NCBI GenBank assembly: GCA_030141605.1
Contig: JAQGDQ010000135.1
Coordinates: 248,001-312,000 of the forward strand
Reading direction: 5' to 3'
DNA from: Tubiluchus corallicola
Lineage: Eukaryota; Animalia; Priapulida
Length of the DNA stretch: 64,000 nt
This document shows, piece by piece, positions 35,101-47,017 of the stretch. The first letter of the stretch is position 1. Each line of letters starts with the position of its first letter. The translations under genes and the position numbers were made by a program. The notes below the pieces were generated by a model, which was given only the letters and a program-made list of their open reading frames with translations, had not been told where the DNA came from and did no database searches.

Positions 35101-38100
35101 GAATGAACGAACGAATGAGAGAAAAGTACGAAGGGAAACAGGAACAATGTGAAGGAATGAAATGAACATGAGAAGAAGGCACTGATAAAGGAATATTTAA
35201 TGCTTATTGGATGTATACCTCTTCAAGTGTGTTCCAAAGATCTTCCATTTTTGCATTACGGAACTGGTATTTCTTTATGTAATTCTGCAATTAAGAAAAA
35301 GTAAGCAACTATGATTTAGTTACTACTGCATCTTGTATTAGCAATATACTAGTTAACATTGTGATTTTTAGTATTTCACTACATTATTCAAGTAGCAATT
35401 ATATTAACATTTTATCTATTTGATACCTGCATCCCGTTTTTAAAGTTTTCTGCTCCCATGAAACTTGTCAACATCCTCAAAACATGGCTTCCCTAAAATA
35501 TCAAGTGACCACATGGAAAACATAATAAACATATACATAAAAACGTATAAGTGCTATAAGTGCAAAAAAGAAAGAAGTGTCGACAAATGAGGTATGCGAT
35601 TTTTTACCTTAGCATAACATTTTAAAAAGTGGGATATTAAATTTACGTATAAATTATATTAATAAAAAATTTTAAATATAGGATCGCATAAATTTAGTTC
35701 ATACAACTTTGAAAACTTGTGTTTAATTTATTTTCCACTAAAGAAATAATAAAGTCAGAATACTGTTTACAAATGCCATCTGTGTACTATATACATTCCA
35801 CATGCTTTTACAAATCAGTCAAATTTAGTCAGTTAACAACTTCATGTGATTGTAAAAACTACACTTCGTATGCTTATAATGAAAGCTTTTATGAACCAAA
35901 GACACCAAAATTTTAATCCAAGTTTTTGTAATGCTGCACAAAAACTATATTTATGTCTTTTACATTGACTGAGACCAAAGAAGATGCATATAGTCTATTC
36001 GTAATTAGTTACATCAGGGTTGGTTCCACTTGACAAATGGTTTATGCACCAAAGGAAGACTTGGCTTGTTCAATAGTAAGGCTTTCAAACTATAGACTCA
36101 GTCTAATGGCGGTTCAGTAAATATTATATATATATACATCTTTAAATTGCGTGTTGGACGCTTAGAAGTTGACCCATACTGGATATTTCGCATGTTATGA
36201 ACTTGAGGACTTGTCGATAAAGCATCTTTAGCGACTTAAATTAAACACCTAAATTTTTCTCTTTGAATGCATTGAACTGTGTGTTATGGACGCGTTGAGC
36301 GCATTGAATTGTGTATTTGGAACTTTAAATAAAGTGTATATGGCAATTCCTAAACTTGAAATTTCTAAATACGGCAATTTCTTAACGAAATATCTGGAAG
36401 CTAAGATTTTAAAATTGTCCTGGAGCGCCTCGAAAGCGCCTCTATTTTCGCCTCTAACAACTTGGTTTTGGCGTTATAAGTGCCCTAAATTAAGGCACCT
36501 CTAAATAATAGTTTTAGACACAAGAGAAACATGCAAGAACGTTTAATCTCTAAAACTTGCTCACCATTTCAGCACTTAAGAAGTCTAATTTTAAGGTTGG
36601 TTCATTAAGGCTTTCGTTATAACAATGCATGCAAACTTATTAAACAAATAACATCAGAGCAAACAATGCAGGATAATTTTATTTGGTTTAACTAAATTCT
36701 TCGTGCATAATCACCTTAATGTAGGCTATTTTGTCAAAATACTGTTCGATGGCAGACGAACTGTCGAAATTGAAATAGATGGGGTGAGATACTAACAATG
36801 CATCTTGATCTTGGACTAGGTTGCTCGATCTCCATGTATGCACTAATTGTTTATCAAACTAACAACAAAGACAAAATGCTCATGCGTTAAACTAGTCTTT
36901 CACAAAAAATATTAAATTGACAAAAAGAGAAAAAATAATTGGCTAAAGTTTACAATTCCCCACATACAAGAAATTAGTCGGTGAAGCGTATTAGGATTAT
37001 AGTTGGGATTAGGGTTAGGGTTAGGTTAGGGTTAAGGTATTTAAATTGTGTGGGGAACTGTAAATTCCTTCCTAGTAATTATGTCTGATAGCGAACGGCA
37101 ATTAAATGGTGATTCTCAAACGTAGTATACCGTGTGGTACGCCCATCGCTAGTACAAAATACAGCAATTTCTCTAACAAAGCGTATTAGGTTTGAGAAAT
37201 ACTTCTACCGATTCTAATTTTCTACTACGCGTATATTTAACCGTGAAGTATGTTGGGCTGTTCAAAAGCTTGTACAGCCTGTAAACCACGGGATATCACA
37301 TGCAATAATTGTTAAAGGTAAACTAGCTGTTGTTGTTTAAGCAGATGGCGACACTGGCACTGGCAACACTTTGCGCAAAACCAACGGCGCCATGCATTTA
37401 TAAGAACAAGGAGGGGACATAAGGTTGTACAACTAATATGTGTAAGGTGTTAGCATTTTGCAAAATAAGTGGTAATTGAGATTTTTCATGATGCACATGC
37501 TGAACTTGTTAACAACATCTCTAGGGTACAAAGCTACAAAAATCATCGCATCAAAGAATGCTCGTCATTCATTAAATGTGCACTTGACCACTGGTCACAC
37601 CTTCACGTAGGCAACAGTGTCGAAGTATTGCACGATTTCATCGGCGTGGCTGATCGGTACAGAGATGGGGTGAGAGGAGAGGAGCGCGTCGTCCTTTTCT
37701 ACGAAGACTGTAGCAAGAATTGACTCAGATACAGCTCGATCGAACTATAGTTAATGGCAAACACATTTATACTGCAATGTTTTTATTCTACAATACTATA
37801 TACATACACTACATAAGTGCATATACCAATTATACTAGATAACCCTAACTTTTAGCATAAACGGCATTAGTCACATTAAAATAAATTTGTATTTTAAAAG
37901 ATTATAGAATTCTACTATACTGTTATGACTATATTCCCTTGCTCATGTCTACAAACACAAGGGTATTCATAAGCCACCTTAACAAAATGAACCGGTGTTG
38001 TTAAAGCACCGTACGATGGAGGCCGTTAAACCTGTCCGTAAATGGTAAGTTTTGAAACTGCTTGCCTTTCAGCAGTGACAGCTTGCAGTTAAAATTTTAT

Positions 38101-41100
38101 TAAAAACATAATATAAAAAAATATATATCAAACTATATTTTCTTCCAATTTGTTCTCCACCGCTGCACAACTGTTCCATCATTATAATGAATATGCCATC
38201 AATATAATAATGAAAAAACTGGGAACACCAGTCTGATGAAAAACAGCATTTGGCTATTAAAGAAAAAAATTCAATAATATTGTTGCGGGGCTGAGCTTCG
38301 CTCTGTTTTGCGTTCAAACTTTTGACTCTCTCAATGACACAGACATGCGGCCTGTATGTTATTTCAAGTCTTGTTAAAGTAAAACACCCTCATAAATTTA
38401 AAATGTACTAATCTTACTGGAATGGAATACATAAATCCCTCGTTCTGATTGGTTGTAAATTCGAATACTCACCTGTTTTCACCTTCAAGTATATATAAAT
38501 ATAAATGCCGCATCCTGTATCTTTGAATTCGGTGGTTGCTGGTGCTTGCAACGCCAAACAGGACAAGCCTGCACCTGTTGTCCTAGGTGTTTCGGCGTAA
38601 TGCGTGGGAGTGGTAGGCCCTCAAGAGTAGACTGGTTTTCTGTATTTTTCATGTTTAGCCAGCTGTATGTTTCAGTTATGAGACGAGAACTTTATTTAAC
38701 AGTACATATCTAGTTTTTACAAAATTAGCAGGTTAGCTAAGTTTTTGGTCGGGCCTTGTACCGTTCTTTCTAAGCTGGTGAATGTGTCCCATGCTGGCTT
38801 GTTAGTTCTGTTTCAGGATGTCGATTTCGAACTCTCGCCCACCGATAGCACTGGTTCAAACCGTCAAGGGGTGATTGCTAAAACCTTGGCGGCGAGAACC
38901 CGACGGCGGAACAATATACTAGCTTAAAGTATTCTTCCTCGGTTTCAAATGAATGTCCTAAAAGACTTGAATTGAAAATTGTACACATGAACTTGCTATG
39001 CAGCAGTTTCACAAAAGCTGACAGCGCGCAGTTTTGCAGGTAGTACATCAAACTTTATAATTTCAAGAAAAACCAGAGGTCATATGGAAAACTGAGTGAG
39101 TTTCAGTAAAAGAGAAGCGTGTGACTAACTGAACATCAGAACTCGGCTCCGTTTATTTGGTCTGATTGACTAGATACGTATTCAGTTCCAGTAAGGCTCA
39201 CTGTGATGTCACACCGACAATAGATTTATAGTTCACGTATGAGCAAAAACACGCTAGGGACAATTTAAACATCTGAAATCTACGGGGTGCAATGAACCGT
39301 TATTTTCTCATCAATTTTTACAGAGACAATGAACCAAGACAAGCACTGAGAAAATGTCTGTGATGCTATGGTTACGGCTAAACTTACGGCTAAAATGCTG
39401 TAATCTGCAGCAACTAGACAGTCTGCTTGAAGATAGGTCATCGTGTACTTCGTGCTTTTATATGCAAAGAGAGTAATCTGCTGTGCTTTTGGTCTGACCA
39501 TTGCTGCTAAGAAACTGCTTTTTAAGGCGAATTGATGAAGTACTTACTTCATTAATTAGTTGAGTAAAATTACGAAAACAAAAAATCACCTGTACCGTGT
39601 AATTACTCTTACTATAGTGCAAAAGCACAGAAATCATTACTTTGCAGCTACGTCACGGGCTTCATCTCATTAAGTGATGTTTATGTAGGTATACGATGTG
39701 CAAATTACCGATGACCTACCACTTTCCAGTCTGGCCGAAGATTGTCCAAACACATGTACATGCCTAGCGTTGCAAATGCCTCGTTAAGCCAGAGGTCTGA
39801 CCACCATTCCATGGTCACTATATTGCCAAACCACTACAAAATAACATCATCAAAATTCGATTAGCGAAACCCTGTTTGTCAGCACTTCTATAAAGTGTTG
39901 ATGGAGTATAGAAATAGCCGCCCCTCTAACGCAATTGGGTTATTCTGCGTGGCTTCGCAAAGTAATGCATACTGGTTAATTAATAGAATCCCTTACGTAC
40001 CGTATTATTACATACACATAATAGAAAAATGCATAAAACAGTCGTAAAGTTTATCCACTAATTTGATTTTCAATTTTCTTTTTACATAATCGACTAACGA
40101 CGTTTATGTTGTGGTAATTCTTACTCAGTAATTGAGAATGAGTTCTCATTTGATGTTTTGCGTGTTTTCTCTGCTTGCTGTTATGCTGAATGATGCCTGA
40201 ATCTAAACTACTGCATGGCCAAATACGGAAAAGTGTGTAGTGCTTAGGCGTAAATGAAGATCTTTGCAGTAGACTTGTGAAGCTCAGTTTGATGCGACTA
40301 AAACTCTTACAAATCGTAGACTGCAACTATATTCTCATTTGGTTCCTGTTGTAACTGCTATTAATATTTAATACATTTTTAAAAATAACGAAGGACTTTA
40401 GAAACACCCCGTATTTTAGCAGCAATGGAGGCCTACAGTCAAGCCTGTTAAATAAAATTATTTAAGAAATCTGTCCCCTACATAATACTGGATGAATAAG
40501 TAGGGAAATACACGTTCAACTTTAGCGAATATTTTGAAACAAACTAGGACATAAGTAAATGTTAAGAGAACAAGTATAATTGTGTGACTTATCTAGAAAT
40601 TATAATACTCTAAAAAACTAAAAAACGCCCCTGTTTAGCATACTGATTTTATGCTTTCTCTGATATAATGATTTCTGTCAAGACAGTCAGAAGCGGCAAA
40701 CTAACGCAAAGGTGGACCTTGAACAGTTGAACTAGTTATTACTGACTCATTTTTGATTAAGCGTTAAAGCGAAAAAATTGCAACATGGTTTACCGTGTGC
40801 GCTATTTCGTGAGACATGACTTGTGCTATATAGTATTTATGTTTGTTGGAAGATATTTGTCCATCAATCAGCAAGGCGCTGGTTTCGTAGGTAACCAAAC
40901 CCCAGTTCTCCATGGCTTCCGCCCCCATATCCGGTATGGCTATGTGGTCTGCAATCATGAATGTGTATACAGAGCTTCATTATTTATTCTTAATGATACG
41001 TAATACATGTTTCTACACACAAACATGTTCTTCTTTTGCTTCTTTTGACAGGTATTTAATATACAATAGAGTTTGGTTACCCAAAAATTGTGCTTTAGAG

Positions 41101-44100
41101 TTAAAGCTGTAAAGCAAATTTATGACAAATTTAAAGTAATTATTTCAGTAATTATTGTATTAATTGCTACTGAAACCTGTTACAGAGTAGCTAAGATCAT
41201 TACCAGTTACTAACAGTAGGGTATTCAGCCATACTAAAAGATTTTGTCATCACTGAACGTACAAAATTGAAATTAGTTTACAGCGTTTTTCTCAAACGTT
41301 TCAGATTATTTTAGCGATTTAAACAAAAATATGTTAAATATTGATGAATTGGATACGAAAATAAGGCGTAAGAAGTTCAAAAGCACGTATGATGTCAAAT
41401 TTTAAAACAAAACAGCTGCAGTACTATGCCACTGATGCTTAGCTTTATAAGGGTTGGCTGTAATGGCCGACTTACCTGCCTTGGGAATTTGCTCAGGCAT
41501 ATCAAAAAATTCTGTAAAGTAGTTATAGATCTCTGGTGCAATCTTCTTGGCGTATTCAGTTTGATCTAGCCACTCCGAGGGAGCCCAAATGTTTATCTAA
41601 AATGCAGTAATGAAAGGCCTTGATTCGGCAAACCGAGCCAGACATATTGAATGGTATAGGATGATATTGGTATTGATATAGACTGAAACTGAACAAGATA
41701 GGGTCAAGGAATAAACCGTGACCAGTTTCGATTGCAGTAGCAGCATATAAAATGAAAGGAATTGTATATATTGAAATGTATACACAAATGAAAGAATGTA
41801 GTATGTACAGTAGTATATACAAATGAAATACATATTTAATGGTATAGGCTGGTCTTGACATCACATATTGAATGGGACACGAGATTAGTTGACCTCTGAC
41901 CCAAGGTTACTGGTCAATATGCGACCAACACTACATTTTACGTTTCCCATTGGAATATATTCTCGCCACTGAAGGCATCTTCAGCTCTAGAACAGGAGAA
42001 TCTAAAATATAGTGTTGATCATTAATTCTGCTAATTCCACTATGAGGAGTGCTACTGTTAGAAAAAGTGACCAAGTTCCGATTTCAAATAAGCAAATAGA
42101 ATTCCTAGATAATGAAACATGGTGAATTCAATGTAGCAAATATTACGAACTTTTAGACAACCGTTTATTGTCATTTCAATGTCAAATAATGGAGTGACAG
42201 ATTTCGTTAACCTGAAGTACATTTCCTAGGCTGAAGTCATCATTAAGATGCTTTATGCATACATTGTTTAGCAACTTCGAAAGCATACAAGAGGGTTTTG
42301 AAACTCACAGTATGGTCAATCAGAGGTGGGAAAACAACTCACAAGTATTCTTACCTTTGATTACCATATCATAAAACAAAGTTATCGAAATCTTTACTTT
42401 CTTTATGGTGTCAGAACCAATAATCAACTAGTTTCTTAATCTTAACAACCATTGATTTATTATCTTTCCCAGAAATTTGTACCACGAATGATTATTATTC
42501 ACTGTATTATTCACATATTTTTGCATTAATTAAAACAAGTAATAACAAGTACAATATTATTAATTAACAAGTACGTACCTGTAAATTATTGGGTCCGTTC
42601 GTTTCTACATGTTTGAAGTCATTGATGCTGACTGCAAATAGGTACAGAGACATGACTGGCGTCGTGTCGAAAATGTCCAAGATCCAACCATCTTCCATAG
42701 TAGCAGAATTGATCACTGGCATATTGGACAAACTGATGTACTCTGAAGAACACACAGTTGTACATTACTGACCAACCAGCCAAGTAGATTACTCATGGCT
42801 TGACTGACTGAGTGAATGAGCGACTAACTGGTTGCCTGACTTACTGGCTGATTAGGTGTTTAGTGACTTGTTCCCTTATAACTAATAAGCAGCTTGGGTG
42901 ATTGACTGCTTTGGTTACTGAATGAGAAAACGTTTATATGTTGTTGAATAATACACTCAAATCAACACTATTGCAGAACAAGCATTTACTACAATGATGG
43001 TGATGATGATGAAGGCTATGACTGTGATGGTCTGGCCACAAACCATCTCTGTAGTGTAATTTCTTGTAAGTTTTACCTTTTTTAAGTGCAGAACTGCCAC
43101 CTGTCACAAAACATCAATGGGTAAACAATTAATGATATTAATTTTGATCATGTATGTATATAAATTTAGGTGTGGGTAATTACAAATTGCAGTGTGTTGG
43201 AGCCCCATCTGTTAGCAGAAAAAGTTGTTTTAGTGTTGAGAGATATCGTAATCGAAATGGATATTGAAGTTGCATCACTTTTGTTTAGTCTTTCATTTAT
43301 CTTTTTTCGGATCAGGATTCTGATTGGACTACGACTGGCTGCCTTTTTTAATCAGAAATACTGCCCAAATACCTGCACTGAATGACCTGTGATGTGACCT
43401 CATTAGTCATTCTAACGTCTTGATCTTGTTCTGTATAGACGTATAAGTTTGTTCAGGGGCGTTGGCTTGGCAGACATCTTGAAATCGGCGAGAAGTAATA
43501 TTTTTGCTAAAGTTTAGTATAAACGAACCAAAGTAGTTCACACCATGTACTCATCGTGGTTCTAGTGAGCTATATGCTGTTTTAATTGTTGTGTTTGGGA
43601 CGAGTTGGAGTCCACTAAATTCAGATGACGGATGGTGACTGATGGAGGCCTACTTACGAGCGTCGAGTCTGTCCTGTGATTGGCTGGTCAACATACGTGA
43701 ATAGATGTTTTATGGTTGAGAAAGGGAGAACAAATCATTCTACACTAAAGGCAAAATGATTTCAGGATTTGTGGAGTCAAAGGCTGTGGCCTGACCGGAA
43801 CGTAGCTATTTTCCCATGATAATCTTTTTAATATAAAGCAGTAAGCTAGCTGGATATTTGTATACCTTCCCCCAGCAAGGTATTAATATTAGTTGTTAAT
43901 TTTTACGAGCTACATGGTAGTAGTAAGCAGACCAAAACTGTTGATGCTCATGCAGATTATATTTCTTTACCATATGAAACACAACGAAACCCTATTGATT
44001 TTCTTCTCGCCAACTCTCCTTATAACTGCTGATATTCCACTCACCTGGTTGATGTTCTATCTTAATGTTAAAAGTGGCTTTGTAACGCGGCTCGTCAAAG

Positions 44101-47017
44101 CAGGGGAACACAGTTCTTCCTGCCACGGCTTCCAATTGTGTGATGGCTAGATAGCTGTAGAAAAACAAGACAGAAAAAATTGTAAAATCAGACCCTTAAC
44201 TATGTTCCCTAATTTTACTTATATATATCTTATCCTATCAAAAACTTTTCTGTAAATTAACTTGAGTTTTTTCTGCAGTATTTTTTCGATTGTCATAGTT
44301 CTGAAGTGTTAAATTTTTGCAATATAAATATATAAACATTAAAATTCGCCAGAAAAAGGTAAGTTATTTAATTTAAAAGTTTCTTTTATTTAATAATAAC
44401 TATGAATTCTTTGTGTAATTATAATAATGCGTTAAAAAACTTCAATGTCTGTCAAGGTTATATGCTATATAGGCCTTTAACGAATGCGCGGTGTTTATAT
44501 CAGGAAAAACACAGTTAGTTTAAGGTCAGTGCTGCAGGGAACCAGTTCTGAGCTGCATTATGCTGATAACACTTACCACATGGATGACTGGTGTGTAGTA
44601 TCAATTTTCTAAGAACTGCAAAAACGGCATTCAGAATGTCGCAGATACACAAATCGTAAACTGCAGAAAAACTCAAATTGTTATCCAGATGCTGGGAACG
44701 TTGTAAAACGGCTGCTATCAGTAATTGGCAGCAGATTACAAAGTTGTGCAAAAGAAGCTAGAGTGCATTTGAAGCCGCGAAATTTTGTTATAATAAACGA
44801 AAGTGAGCTAACGTCGACAGGACGACGTAAAATCAATCATTTTGTTTGCAGCACATTTCCGTTATTTGCTGACACAGCAGTGTCACGTAATGTGCTAAAC
44901 TGATAAACTAACAGAAGCGAGAAAAAAAGGTGAAAGCAAGTAACTATAGCGAGGCAAATGTGTGGTATTGGCGTTAAAAATCTAATTCCGAATTCATTTT
45001 AAACCTTCAAAAGATTGATTCATTTTGAAGGGTGTTTCAGAAGTTTCTCACTAATTTAATTTCCATTTTCTTTTCCAGCTAATAGACCAAAGGAGCTCAT
45101 TCGTGGTAAACTGTTATTCAGTATTCACAAATTTTTTGAGTCTAAATTTGTGTTGAGATTTTCTTCTGATGACTCCAGAGTAAAACTGTAAAATATATTG
45201 CTGTACATACAAAATTGCTATAGTCGACTTATGAAGCCAAGTTTTATGAATTTACATCTCCGCTTTTGATTCAGCATGGCAGTAGATAAAGATGATGCAG
45301 AACTTCAGATTAAAAAAATTCTCAATTGTTGAGTAAAATGAACGCCGTTAATCGATTAGCTGAGAAGAAATTTGGGATAAAGTTTACAATTCCCCGCACT
45401 CAAGAAATTAGTTCGTGAAACGGATTAGGGTTAGTGTTAGGGTTAGGGTTTGCGTTAGGGTTAAGGTTGGGGTATTTAAACTGTATGGGGAATTGTAATC
45501 TCCTTCCGAAATTTGAAAATCAAGTCAGTGAGTGATTTCTGAAACACCATGTAACGATTATTGCCCATGACATTATGATTAGTATCTGACAGATAAAGTC
45601 GTTTGTATACTTGACGATGTACATAATTGTAAGCTAGATAGTAGGCCTATACTGTCAGGTGTTAAGATTATTACTCATAATTACAACGACACTCAAAGTG
45701 TCAAAGAGCCTTGGGAGAACACCCATGATTGGTGCTAGATGAATAATTGGTTTTCACTTGTTTTGCAAGTAACCCTTAGAGACAAAATGGCAGAAAAGAC
45801 TTAATGGATCTCGATGCAACCCACGGTAGCCACAAGAGAAATTTGTGAAGAAGAGTGTTTGAAAAAAGCCTCACCTGTTGCCAAAATGTTTACGATCACT
45901 ACTACTATCATTCTTAATATTACTATTTTTCTTACTACAACAACACATAGAAATAGCAGTAGTCATATAGATCTCATTGTTAACATCGAGTACTATAAAG
46001 AAAGAAAAAAGGTAATACTAAAGGCGGTAGCTAGAACAGTTCGCTGTCTGTGGTCTGTGGCATCTAATGAGGTTTCAGTTCAGCTGATATTATGAGCATG
46101 CAATGCAAAAAGCAATACCAAAGGCGCTAGAAAAAAATTTGTTGTCTCTGGCATCTCAGACCTCAGTTTGGTTGATATTAGAGCATGTAAAGCTACAATG
46201 AAAACAATTTTAGTAGTTTCTTAAGCCTATGTGCATCACTTCAATAGTCTTGTGTTACCTTCGGTAAATCTGTCCATTCTTTGTCTAGTCACAATTGGTA
46301 TAACAATCAAAATAATCCAAAGATTTACCTTTTTGTTCCGTCGGCTTTTTGGTATGAGCTTCTGTACAACCCAAACACGTCATCTAAAACGGCTGCCCCA
46401 AACTTCTGAAAGGTGATCAAGTACTCGACTCCTGCGTCTAACTTTTTGCCCATCTTCAGTACCACATAATGATTATTGGTGATGTAATCAGTACTATCAA
46501 TGCCGACTGTCTCATTGGGATTATTAGCAAGGGCCACTAAAATGTCTTCAGGGCTGATTTCAAGTCTGGCAGCATGAAGGATCACGTGACTTGTGGCTTT
46601 TACACATTTCACCAATATAATCACAGAACCATTAAATGTAAATGCTGACAAGTCCACCCTGAGTGTTAAATTGTAAACAGAGGGAACGATATCCCCTGGC
46701 AGTTGAGGAGCAGCCCATGGCAGGGAGGGGTCGATCGTGGTGCCGACTGATGTCGTGACCACATCACTAAGTTCCTCTTTTTCTTTTTCCTGCGTGTAAT
46801 GTTTCCTTGTTAGAGACCAAGTGATTAATCCACAAATGAGCAACAGCAGTAGCACTAGTAGCACCAGCAGAATGATCTTCTTGTTGGACACGTACTTCCC
46901 GCGGCGGCGCTCGTTGCGGAGGGAGATGTACGCCTCTTTGGCATTTTGGGCCGTCATCTGTTCGTCTTCGGCCTCCGATCCGAGGCCAGTTTCAGTCAGG
47001 TCGTACTTTTCCGACAT
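28068..47017 (-). CDS. M1-family zinc aminopeptidase (aminopeptidase N-like), type II membrane protein, 993 aa
   Basis: Exons: 47017-46329, 44154-44045, 42742-42579, 41596-41476, 40948-40794, 39833-39720, [37744-37601 or 36858-36715], 35492-35427, 35284-35219, 34653-34478, 34025-33949, 33186-32982, 31943-31796, 31300-31227, 30847-30740, 30176-30009, 29177-29037, 28720-28639, 28241-28068. Total 2982 nt with all phases consistent. N-terminal TM anchor, GLYRSSY, FPCFDEP, SNMP, (E)AMENWGL, HEIAH-x18-E, Y-x-KG, W-x-x-QMGYP. Confidence 0.93.
31945..32241. repeat. Compound (AAT)n/(AAC)n microsatellite
   Basis: Directly visible; abuts the exon 13 acceptor; explains several poly-I/V/L/C ORFs. Confidence 0.95.
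36715..36858 (-). CDS. Aminopeptidase alternative exon 7b (catalytic Tyr segment)
   Basis: ttgttag|[48 protein letters not shown]|gtgatt; 144 nt, phase 0-0. Confidence 0.88.
36944..37068. mobile_element. Hairpin element family 2, copy 2 (internal TTAGGG repeats)
   Basis: TAAAGTTTACAATTCCCCACA ...(TTAGGG)n... TGTGGGGAACTGTAAATTCC. Confidence 0.75.
37601..37744 (-). CDS. Aminopeptidase alternative exon 7a (catalytic Tyr segment)
   Basis: ctatag|[48 protein letters not shown]|gtgtga; 144 nt, phase 0-0. Confidence 0.88.
39720..39833 (-). CDS. Aminopeptidase exon 6 (third zinc ligand Glu)
   Basis: [38 protein letters not shown], 114 nt, phase 0-0. Confidence 0.95.
40794..40948 (-). CDS. Aminopeptidase exon 5 (EAMEN and HEIAH motifs)
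   Basis: [21 protein letters not shown]...VMSHEIAHT flanked by AG and GT. Confidence 0.95.
45378..45503. mobile_element. Hairpin element family 2, copy 3 (internal TTAGGG repeats)
   Basis: TAAAGTTTACAATTCCCC ...(TTAGGG)n... GGGGAATTGTAATCTCC. Confidence 0.75.
46329..47017 (-). CDS. Aminopeptidase first coding exon (cytoplasmic tail, TM helix, start of domain I)
   Basis: ORF MSEKYDL...[20 protein letters not shown]...[15 protein letters not shown]...GLYRSSY; donor at 46328; an upstream acceptor at 47171-47172 implies a non-coding 5' exon. Confidence 0.92.

Noticed and set aside
37008-37036. TTAGGG arrays as a chromosome-end or fusion relic
   Set aside because: Short and enclosed in a repeated hairpin element, so better explained as part of a mobile element.
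38473-38930. Possible third exon-7 variant near the strong donor at 38472
   Set aside because: No SHPI/FD/YxK motifs in the frames I read; more likely a repeat remnant.
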